Shown in pieces: positions 12,570 to 23,193 of a stretch of 64,000 bases of DNA. Position numbers and translations under genes: made by a program. Each line of letters opens with the position of its first letter. Position 1 is the stretch's first letter. Under the pieces are notes generated by a model. The model was not told the origin of the DNA, searched no databases, and saw only the letters and a program-made list of their open reading frames with translations. This stretch comes from Tubiluchus corallicola (Eukaryota > Animalia > Priapulida): positions 372,001 through 436,000 of the forward strand of contig JAQGDQ010000009.1 of NCBI GenBank assembly GCA_030141605.1, given 5' to 3'.

Positions 12570-13846
12570 GCGCATTTGTGATTGTGTTCAGTAAACAAGC
12601 CTACACAGTATCGTAATTGGTTAAACAACATAATAAAACTCTCTAAATCTTATTATTATCAAAACAAACTAGAACAAGTTAAAACTAACTTGAAGAAAAC
12701 GTGGATTATTATGAAAGAAATTTTGCAGGCAAATAGAAAATCTGGTTCATATACTCTTAAAATTAATAACTGACAATAAATCTGTCGCTTGTGCTTTCAA
12801 CGAGCATTTTTCACAGATTGGTCAAAAATTAGCTGCAAAAATCCCAAATACTGGTGTCAACCCTAAAGTTTATCTTAAGGGTGATTATCAGTCTACTCTT
12901 TTCTTCAGTCCTGTCACAATAAATGAATTAAAATCTATATGTAAATCTTTCAACCGTAATACTTTCTCCCCAAAGTCATAATTGATTTAATTGATAACTT
13001 AGCTGCTCCTTAGCTGATAACTAACGCATATAACCAATTGCTCATTAACAGCAGGAAAATTACCTTATCAACTTAAAAAATCAGTAATTATTCCTGTGTT
13101 TAAGGCTAAAGACTCCTTAGATATTAATAACTATAGACCTATATCATTATTACCTTTTTTCTCTAAAATATTAGAAAAAATAGTCCATAAAAGATTATTA
13201 GACTACTTGACTATACATAATGTACGTTATAATCATCAGTACGGCTTTAGAAAGGGTAGTTCTACACGGCTAGCCCTAATAAATATAATAAATAACGTAA
13301 TTAATTCATTAGAACAAAACGCTGGCTGTTGCCATTGGCATTTTCTGCGATCTCTCTAAGGCCTTTCATACAGTTAATCATGCTATTCTGTTAGATAAGT
13401 TATTCCACTATGGCATTAGAGGGGTCGCATACTCATGGTTTGCTAATTACCTCAAGGACCTAACTCAAGCAGTCAAATGTAACAATGTTCTTTCCAACGT
13501 TTTTAATATACATTAATGACTTACAAAACTGTATTACTTACAATGAAAAGGTCTTCCAATTTGCTGATGACACAAGTATTTTTTTCAAGATCAACAGCAA
13601 GTCACTTGACACTAACATTATTAATAGTGAACTGAGTAAAATTACAGCCTAATTTAAAATAAATAAATTAGCATTAAATTCAACTAAAACTAAATACATT
13701 TTATTCAAAGCTCGTAACAAACCTATAAATATGAACAGTATTATAAAAATTGATGGTAATGCTGTAGAACAAGTAAGCGAAATGAAGTTCTTTGGTGTTA
13801 TGTTAAATGAACACCTAGATTGGAAACCACACTTAAATATGATTCA
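12570..13846 (+). mobile_element. 5'-truncated LINE (CR1/L2-like RT pseudogene), left part
   Basis: Frameshifted RT remnants NYRPISLLPFFSKILEKIV, QYGFRKG, DL.KAF..VNH.ILL.KL.HYGIRG, LIYINDL, FADDT, L.EHLDWKPH. The GVPQGS region is deleted near 13500. Confidence 0.88.
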
Positions 13847-15412
13847 TCTATACTCTTATATTAATATTCTTTGTATATATATATATATATATATATATTT
13901 ATTTATATATAAGATTCGAGGCTACAGCCCGGACGAGGGCACCATTTGCGGCGATCTATACATCATACGAAAGGTCTCGATCTAGTGTCGTCTCATTGGG
14001 GGTTTATTTTTCGAATCGGGCCCACCGGGAGTAACGGGGGGCGAAAAACCTCCAAAAATGGCCCTTTTTCAGGCGTTTTTTGCAAAAGTTATACGGCTGA
14101 GATGTAGAGAATGGGAACGGGCCGAGGGTGGTGCTGGGTATGGATAGATAGCCCGTTCAGCGGTGGGTGTCATAGGCCTATTTTGAATTCGCGAGAAGGC
14201 CACGGCGTCCCGCAACGGGCGTTTTCCCGGACCCAACTCGCGATTTTTTCGAAATTTTGACCAAACTGCGGAAAAAACGTTCTAGCGGCGCCTGGTGGGA
14301 CTTTCGGAAGGAGATATACGGCTCTTTAGAAAGAGGAAGGACAGGGCTACACGGTGATGTAGGCTATATGTTAGGGCAGGTCCACCGAGAGAAGTACCGA
14401 CGAGTTAATTAGAGGTTCCATTTTCGGCAATTTTCGCTTAGAAAATTGCTGACGCAAAGGCATTGTTCTGACGTCATCCATTGTACTCTACTCTGCTTAT
14501 AGCTTTAATTCAGTAAAAGCTACAGGCTTTGCGTTAGTTAAACAAACAGTAGGCACGTTGTTAAGGGCTTTGTGTTATAAATGAGGACTAGGTAGGATGT
14601 TCGCGTATTATTGATTACCCGTGGTTTTTTACGCAAAATCTTTTGCGGGGCCTTTGTTATTTATTATATTATAGCACATAGTTTCAACTTTGTGAAAAAT
14701 GTTTGGAATGGTTTTGTTGTAATGCTGTGTTGTTGGTGCTTGTGCTATAGGTGTCATCATCATTGCCACCATCATCATCATGATCACCACGTGAGGTGGT
14801 GGATTTGATGTGGTGTGGTGGTGGTGTGTTTTGTGTGTTGTGCTATGGATGGTGTGGTGGGGTGATAGGGTGTGTGGGGTGTGGTGTGGGTAGTGTGGTA
14901 TGGAGTGGGTGGCGTGGTGTGTGGGTGGGGGTGTTGTGGTGCAGTGTGGTGTTATGGTGTGGTGCAGTGTGGTGTGATGTGGTGGAGTATTATGGTGTGG
15001 GTGGTGTGGTGTGGGTGGTGCGGTGTGGTGGTATGGTGTGGTGCAGTGTGGTGTGATGTGGTGGAGTCGTATGGTGTGGTGTGGTGTGTGGGTGGTGCGG
15101 TGTGCTGCAGTGGTATGGTGTTGTGCGGTGTGGTGTGATGTGGTGGAGTGGTATGGTGTGGGTGGTGTGGTGTGTAGGTGGGTGGGTGGTGTGGTGCAGT
15201 GTGGTGTTATGGTGTGGTGCTGTGCGGTGTGATGTGGTGGAGTATTATGGTGTGTGGGCGGGTGGTGCAGTGGTATGGTGTGGTGCAGTGTGGTGTGGTG
15301 TGATGTGGTGGAGTGGTATGGTGTGGTGCAGTGCAGTGTGATGTGGTGGAGTGGTGTGGTGTGGGTTGTGTGTTGATTTGTGCACAAAATTCTTTTTGTG
15401 GGGTTTGGCTAG
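13847..15412 (+). mobile_element. Non-autonomous Helitron, copy 1
   Basis: Begins TC directly after A13846 and ends CTAG (15409-15412). Subterminal hairpin CACAAAA-ttct-TTTTGTG lies 8 nt before CTAG. No TSD. Confidence 0.88.
14790..15375 (+). repeat. GT-rich compound minisatellite (GGTGT/GTG based, with higher-order units) inside Helitron copy 1
   Basis: Recurrent blocks such as gtggtgcagtgtggtgttatggtgtggtgc and gtgatgtggtggagt(at)tatggtgtgg; preceded by a (CAT)n tract. Confidence 0.95.
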
Positions 15413-17093
15413 TCTCTTATATTAATATTCTTGGTATATATATTTATTTATATATATATAAGATTCGAGGCTACAGCCCGGACGAGGGCACCATTTGCGG
15501 CGATCTATATATCAAACGAAAGGTCTCGATCTAGTGTCTTCTCATTGATGGTTTATTTTTCGAATCGGGCCCACCGGGAGGAACGGGAGGCGAAAAACCC
15601 CCAAAAATGGCCCTTTTTCGGCCGTTTTTTGCAAAAGTTATACGGCTGAGATGTAGAGAACGGGAACGGGCCGAGGGGGGTACTGGGTATGGATAGATAG
15701 CCCGTTCAGCGGTGGGTGTAGTAGGCATATTTAGAATTCCCGAGAGGGCCAGGGCGTCCCGCAACGGGCGTTTTCCCGGACCCAACTCGCGATTTTTTCG
15801 AAATTTTGACCAAACAGCCTGCGGGAAAAACGTTCTAGCGGCGCCCGGTGGGACTCTCGGGAGGAGATTTATAGCTCTTTACAAAGAGGAAGGACAGGGC
15901 TACACGATGATGTAGGCTATATGTTAGGGCAGGTCCACCGAGAGGAGTATCAACGAGTTAGTTAGGAGTTCTATTTTCGGCAATTTTCGCTTAGAAAACT
16001 GCTGACGCAAAGGCATTGTTGTGACGTCATCCATTGTATTCTGTCTATAATCTTATAGCTTTAATTCAGCAAAAAGCTGCTACAGGCAAAGTAAACAAAC
16101 AGTAGACACGATGTTACGGGCTTTGTGTTATAAATGTGGACTAGGTAGGATGTTCGCGTATTATTGATTACACGTGTATTTATACGCAATCTTTTGCGGG
16201 GCCTTTGCTATTTATTATATTATAGCACATAGTTTCAACTTTGTGAAAAATGTTTGGAATGGTTTTGTTGTAATGCTGTGCTGTTGGTGCTTGTGCTATA
16301 GGTGTTGTCATCGTTGCCACCATCATCATCATCATCATCAACATCATGATCACCACGTGAGGTGGTGGATTTGATGTGGTGTGGTGGTGGTGTGCTTTGT
16401 GTGTTGTGCTATGGATGGTGTGGTGGGGTGATAGGGTGTGTGGGGTGTGGTGTGGGTAGTGTGGTATGGAGTGGGTGGCGTGGTGTGTGGGTGTTGTGGT
16501 GCAGTGTGGTGTTATGGTGTGGTGCAGTGCGGTGTGATGTGGTGGAGTATTATGGTGTGGGTGGTGTGGTGTGTGGGTGGTGCGGTGTGGTGTGGTGTGG
16601 TGGAGTCGTATGGTGTGGTTGGTGTGGTGTGGTATGTGGGTCGTGCGGTGTGCTGCAGTGGTATGTTGTGGTGCGGTGTGGTGTGATGTGGTGGAGTGGT
16701 ATGGTGTGGGTGGTGTGGTGTGTAGTGGGTGGGTGGTGTGGTGCAGTGTGGTGTTATGGTGTGGTGCTGTGCGGTGTGATGTGGTGGAGTATTATGGTGT
16801 GGGTGGTGTGGTGTGTGGGTTGTGCAGTGGTATGGTGTGGTGCAGTGTGGTGTGATGTGGTGGAGTGGTATGGTGTGGGTGGTGTGGTGTGTAGGTGGTA
16901 TGGTGTGGTGTGGGTGGTGTGGTGTGTAGGTGGGTGGGCGGTGTGGTGCAGTGTGGTGTTATGGTGTGGTGCTGTGCGGTGTGATGTGGTGGAGTGGTAT
17001 GGTGTGGTGCAGTGTGGTGTGATGAGGTGGAGTGGTGTGGTGTGGGTTTTGTGTTGATTTGTGCACAAAATTCTTTTTGTGGGGTTTGGCTAG
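15413..17093 (+). mobile_element. Non-autonomous Helitron, copy 2 (head-to-tail with copy 1)
   Basis: Starts TCTCTTATATTAATATTC immediately after the CTAG of copy 1. Same terminal hairpin, CTAG at 17090-17093, followed by T17094. Confidence 0.88.
16355..17055 (+). repeat. GT-rich compound minisatellite inside Helitron copy 2 (longer array)
   Basis: Same units as 14790-15375 with more copies; the (CAT)n tract is expanded. Confidence 0.95.
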
Positions 17094-17990
17094 TTCTAAA
17101 ATTGCTAAAAACATCGGGTTAATCAGTCGAGTTAAACATTGTTTCACTAAAGAACACCTAATCACACTTTATAATTGTCTGGTACTGCCATACCTGGACC
17201 TACTGTAATATACTTTGGGGGCACACCTACCCTTCAACTCTAATTAAACTAAACTCTCTACAACGTAAATTTATAAGATGGATAGCTAATTTGAACAAGC
17301 GTGAACACGTAGGTCTTAATCTTTTTAAGAATTATTCTGTCCTTAGTGCTAAATGATCTAATAAACCTGAATACCGCTGTTTACATCTACAAAACCAAAC
17401 ATAAACTTCACCCCGCTTTCTTTTTAAACCCATTATCTATTAACGTAAGACATTACTCAACAAGATTTAACGAATTTCGTATTAAGTATTGCAGGACTGA
17501 TGTAGCAAGGCACTTCATCACTAACACTGTCCCTAGACTTTGGAATAACATCAACGAATACATAAAAAATTCTTTATCTATAAATAACTTCAGAAGAAAT
17601 CTTAAAAGTGAAATCTTTTCTAATTATAATGAATAAATCAATTTGATTAATTATGCTGCTGTCTCTGTCGGAATCCATTGCGTTGCTGGCTATGTCAATT
17701 TTTACATTTCTATAGTTTACGTTACTTCATACAGATACCATCACATCTTTCTCCTCTTTCTATTCTCTATTAACCTTTCTTTCTACTGCTTTACTGCTCT
17801 TTTCTATTACACTCAGTCCACATTCAGTTGGGGTGCTCTAAACAAGTAATTGCTTCTTGAGTACCCCACGGGTCTTTTGCGGCTTGGCATCTTGTGTACA
17901 TAATAATAAATATGTTATTAAATACTTTTATGTGCAATACTGTAATGATCGTTGTGGATATATTTAATAAATAAAATAAAATAAATAAAC
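17094..17990 (+). mobile_element. LINE right part and 3' UTR (continuation of 12570-13846)
   Basis: Joining 13846 to 17094 restores HLNMIH-SKIAKNIGLISRVKH, followed by LY..LVLPYL.YC...WG and PRLWN. Ends in an (AAAT/AAAAT)n tail at about 17965-17990. Confidence 0.85.
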
Positions 17991-19665
17991 ACCAAACAGC
18001 CATGACTAGTGATCCAATTAACAAACAAGAAAGGGTGAGAAATTTAACAATGTACAACATGCTGAGTTTGGTCAGTATTATCCTAGAATTGCTTATTTAA
18101 AATAAATTTAACCATAATACCAAGTGGATTGGGTCATGTACCAAAAGCACTAAGCTTCATTAAAGTTACAGAAGGAAAGAAAATAATTTCTTTACAGGTT
18201 TTTCGGTTGGTGGACTGGGGAGTTCCCCATCAGGTGAGTGATGTTAATCAGCATTTTCCCATTGTTATGATTTGTTGTTACTGTTTTTGCTGCTGTCGTT
18301 GTTATGTTGTAGTTGTTGTTAGATGTGTAAGAAATTATCCCGAAGAAAAATAATTAATCAATGATAATAGAATATTCTAAACACATTTACTAATTTTTGC
18401 GCCATAGTTACTGATGGCGACATACCGCTGTTTTTATATGCAATCACGATTTAGCCTAGGAAGATTAAAGAGGCTCATAAGCTAACTAAGGTAATTACAT
18501 AAATTTTATAGTAATAGTACCAAGAACACGTCCTACAAAAATACCGCTTATTTGATCATATCTTGTAGCTGCGAAGGTTTCTTGTCTTAGCAAATTACAA
18601 TGGCGTGATCAACAGTTATACAAGCCATAGAACCAGCTAAAAAGCCTGCAGGTGGACAAATGTTAACATATTTAGATTTTGCACAGAAAGATTTAAACAC
18701 TTCAGCATTGATCCTTAGAAATAAATCCACTTGGGGCATTGCAGCGTGTAGGGAGTCCTGGCATAGAGAGGTGAGCAGAATCATGCCTTGGACGTATGAT
18801 TCATTGAAGAAGCAAAAAACAGTTGGAAATTGTGAGGACAATTTTTTAATATTTGTATGAAACTAAAAATATTTCGCAGATCAGTCATGCAGTGAGGACA
18901 GTGAAGTTGCCCAAGAAATCTCCACTTTCCATAGCATGAGCTAGAACTCTTGCCCACAAAATAACCAGAGTGATCAACTAGGTTCTAAAATCCATAAAAC
19001 ATTAATATTAATAATAAAAAACAATACCATTTCATAGAAATACTACAGTTGAGAGTCGTGAAGGTAGACCACGGACATGCACAGTTTTAGAACTCCAATG
19101 TAAAGTGTGGACGATACCGCAGAATATTAAATATTATCTGTTAAATTATAATAAATCATTAAATGCTTGCAATGTAATTAGTGCCTAGTGGATTAGTGCA
19201 TAGTTTCAAGTACAACGAATGACAATGCTTTTTATTGATTGATTATGCTACCCGGTTAACTCAGCTTTTAAGATGATTACTAGCACACTGACACAGTCAG
19301 TGCACCATGGATTGTCTACATGATTACATCATTCAATGTTGGTCAAGGGCAGCAGTTGCTCAATGTTGACAAGTTTTGCTGCTCCTTTTATTTACGTGTG
19401 CTGATATATGTGAATTTGTGTAAAGATAAAATAAGGATTATTTTATTGCATTCACTAAGTGTAAAGAACTCACGTAGTACTGCCTTTTTCAGTTGTTAAA
19501 ACATCAGACGTATGCAAATCTGAATTATTTAATTTATGCACAAAACTACATGCAAATTTATGCATAAAATGAACATGCAAACCGGAAGAATCCTATTTCT
19601 ATAATATTTTCTCTTCCATGTATTCTATGTAGATTGTTATTTTTCAGGCCTAAGAAGCTGTCTTT

Positions 19666-22175
19666 ATGGCGTTGAACAGGTACCAGCCTGTGCTTAGTCT
19701 GCAGTGTTTGTTTTTACTTGTAGATCTGTTTGTTAATGCATTTTCTGAATTACTGCGGTTTGAGAATGTCATTCTGCTTGTTTTATACATGTAAGTGAAA
19801 ATGGCTAAATATACTTTTTAATTTGCATTTTTAGAAAGTGATTGTTGTTGTCTATGTAGTGTAAAAAAGTCATAATGTTCATAGTGTAATTGAGGAATAT
19901 AGTTTCTTCGTAGATAAGCTATTTATTAAATTTGACTTTTCATTTAAAATTAGTTTGTCACGCTGACAAAGCAGCATCAAAACAGGCAATGCAGAACTGG
20001 CGAGAAAACATGATAATATGTAACAATGACATACCAGTACAGATAAGGCGTGAGCATGGCATGTTAGAGTTCAATTCGAACGAGTTTTTCTAATTCGAAT
20101 TCAGTTCGAACCTAAAATGGTGGATTCGAATAATGCACCATTTAGACTACAAAAGTTCTTTATCACTAAAACATCTGAAATAACATGCAATCAGCACATT
20201 TTAGCCGTGATTTCTTGTGCACAATTTTTGAACAAATTATTAAGGTTTTTACTGCAGAACAAAATAAAGCAACATACATAATCTTTATGAGACTGCTTTT
20301 TATTAACGATTCGGAAATTTATTCGACAACCCTTAAAACTGCATTCGATTTCTGATAGAGAATGCTCGCCCCTAGTAGAGACTATTGTAAGTGTATTAAA
20401 TTTTATGCTGGATATATTTGCATACAATTCTTGCAATTCTTTGCAGTATGCAATTAATTCCTGTACTAACATTTATTTTGTATTATTATACATTGCACTT
20501 CCAGCATTTTTATACTTATGCCAAACCTACATTTGCCTAAAAGCTTTTGCACTAAATTGAATCCTCAAGTGTATACAGTGTGTACCATGGCAGCATAATG
20601 ACAATATTGCCTTCGACTGTAGATACCAATTGTTACTGTATTTTGATACTGATAATTATTGATTTTTTTTTCAGTATTCAAGACATATGCTTGCTGTTTG
20701 CTATTATTGTAGTCTTTCTGATGTTCTTCAGTACATACGTCTTCCAAGCTGGTCTGATTAATGTGCTCATTCGCAAATTTAGACCCACAATCTTTGTCAC
20801 ATTTTTGTACCTTGGGCTTTCTATTGCCCTACATATATGGACACTGGTATGTTTAACAGTTATCATTAAGGTTACGTGCTTAAACTAAAAATGCAAGTAC
20901 ATTAAGTCCTCACTTAGATTATTATTTTTAAAATATTTCTTGTGTATTATTGTACGTACCTTGAATTTGTATTGGTAAACGTGGTAGAATTATTGCTTTA
21001 CCTTGCTGCAATGTACGTGGGAATAGTTTTTGTCAAGGTCACTTGCTGTCGTATGATGGTGGCTGTTAACTCCAGTGAAACGAGCATGCTTCACACACGC
21101 TGAGTTCAATTCATTAGCTAGTGATATGAGTTTGCTGCTTGTTTGCACCACGATAAACACAAGGGGAAACAGCAATTAGTTAACGAACTCATAGTAAAAG
21201 GTAGAATCAGCATGTGCTGCCAGACGTCATTTGTTGTTTGTATACTTAGTATGTATACTTAGCTTAAGACTGTTTATTACTGATGGACATGCATTTATTT
21301 TTCACATTTATTTGAAGCTGGTTTCATAAAGGAATCTAATGTGTGTTTCTGAAAGATAAAATGTTAAAATATGATCAAATGCTAGGATACATACTAGTAC
21401 ATCACATGGTGATTAACAATTGTGTTTGCCACAGCTGCCACTATTCTGCAACTTCGCAGGGAGCACAAATTGTATGGCAAGTAATCACAATATGCCCATG
21501 AGGTCATATTTTACCATAATAATTATAAATATATACATATATATACATTTTTCAGACCTTAAGGTGGAATGATACAAACACATACATATGGACTTCAGGG
21601 TATCATTCGCTTTTTGCCCTGCAACGAATATGTAAGTTATTTTGGTTTGTATTGTGCATCTGTTGGGGTGTAATGGCTGATTTTACTTGGGATTACATAT
21701 TTTTAATGTTCGGTTGTTCTAATAACTGTTTTGTGTTGTTGCATCTTCAGTGTTTCTCCACACATTGCTTCTAACTGCATTTGAAGTCTGACACGATCGA
21801 TAAGACTGGTGTCAAAGCTCGTAAAATTGTTAAAAATTAGTTTGGGTGGGCCAAATGGTAAAGTAAAGAGGTTGTAAAACTGCCATTTTACAGATATTGT
21901 CGATACCAATGATAACGATCCCAAAAATACCAATATTTTGAATTATTGCAGAGGTAATCATTAGGTTTTTTATCAGTTTTATTTTATTTGTGGTAATGAC
22001 GTGTATCTATACGTCAATTTATAACTGACCGGTAGTTTTGTAAGTACTTGTGTCGTATTTTTCAGGTGCCGTCTTGTATTACTATTTCTACAAAAGAACC
22101 GCATTAAGACTATCAGATTCAAAGTTCTATGAAGATTCTCATTGGCTGAGGTCAGAGTTTGAACGCAGGAGGTAG
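19666..22175 (+). CDS. TMEM138: Transmembrane protein 138 (ciliary trafficking), 4 coding exons, 160 aa
   Basis: Exons 19666-19790, 20675-20846, 21556-21631, 22066-22175, all GT-AG and phase-consistent. Protein [74 protein letters not shown] matches the TMEM138 family. Confidence 0.93.
20044..20373. mobile_element. Probable decayed hAT-like MITE with TTCGAA subterminal repeats
   Basis: Imperfect termini TAAGGCGTGAGCAT / ATGCTCGCCCCTA, with clustered TTCGA(A) motifs near both ends. Confidence 0.4.
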
Positions 22176-22219
22176 CCATCATTGGCTGAGGTCAGAGTTT
22201 GAACGGAGGAGGTAGCCAT
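22140..22219 (+). repeat. 40-bp tandem duplication spanning the TMEM138 stop codon
   Basis: cattggctgaggtcagagtttgaacg(c/g)aggaggtagccat occurs twice, with one mismatch. Confidence 0.95.
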
Positions 22220-23193
22220 TGGGGAATTTAACTTGAGCAGATGTCACATACTCATCTTGCGTGAAATTTAACGCTTCGTGAATGATTACTGTTTCTCCAT
22301 TCTTTAGTAATATTACTAGTCAACACTTTTATCTAGTAGGTTTTATTTATTTTTAACACTCTGCTTGTGAATGTAAAACTTTATTTAACATTTTCAGTTT
22401 TTCTATGGAAGTCGATTGTGAATTGTATTGCACTTGTACCAAATTCCGTCCATCTGTATGATATTATCAGTGTCTCAACTTAGTTAATAAAAACAAATTT
22501 TAGTTAACATATTTTTTAGTGTTCTGTGAAAACTAGTGCTGGTTATAATAGGTGACAGATATTTCTAAGACAATTCAAAATCTCAAGAAAAATGGTTTGT
22601 GACTTCATGAATGGTTTGTGTGGGAAGGTGTCTGAACCGCACAACTTTCTTTTCCGATTGTACTTTCAATACAAATTTGCTGCTTTTTTTGTGTGAGCTA
22701 ATTTGCTTATATTTATATCTTGCTTAATTACTTTTTGTTTGACATTTTCAACACTTGAGGGTCAACTTTTTCCATCTATTTTGCATTTTACGAAATAATT
22801 TTTTCATTGAACTTTTATTTACATAATGCATTTACATTTATTTACATTTATACTTGACATTAACAACTTCAAGTTCTACAAATTACAAAGCAAAGAAGCA
22901 AACCACGATGAATATTAATGAAACATATGAATGCTAAAACTTAAATGACTAGTGTCTTTTTAACACTGCAATACTTTATGATTTAAGCTGGGTCGTTTTA
23001 TTAAGTTAGCAGACCGTATCATGAATGTAACTCTATAACATTCATTACTTTATAGTATGCAAAATCTCGGGTCTAGAGTCTATAACAATTAAACTTTCAG
23101 TCCTAGAAAAGTCCTGACTAACATACCATTATTTTGTAGAATTTACCAGACATTTTGACATTAATTTATACAAATTTATGTACAGTATAAAGT

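Noticed and set aside
14611-17165. His/Thr-rich and Val/Trp/Cys/Gly-rich ORFs up to 252 aa on both strands
   Set aside because: Artefacts of the stop-poor GT minisatellite; open in several frames with no domain signal.
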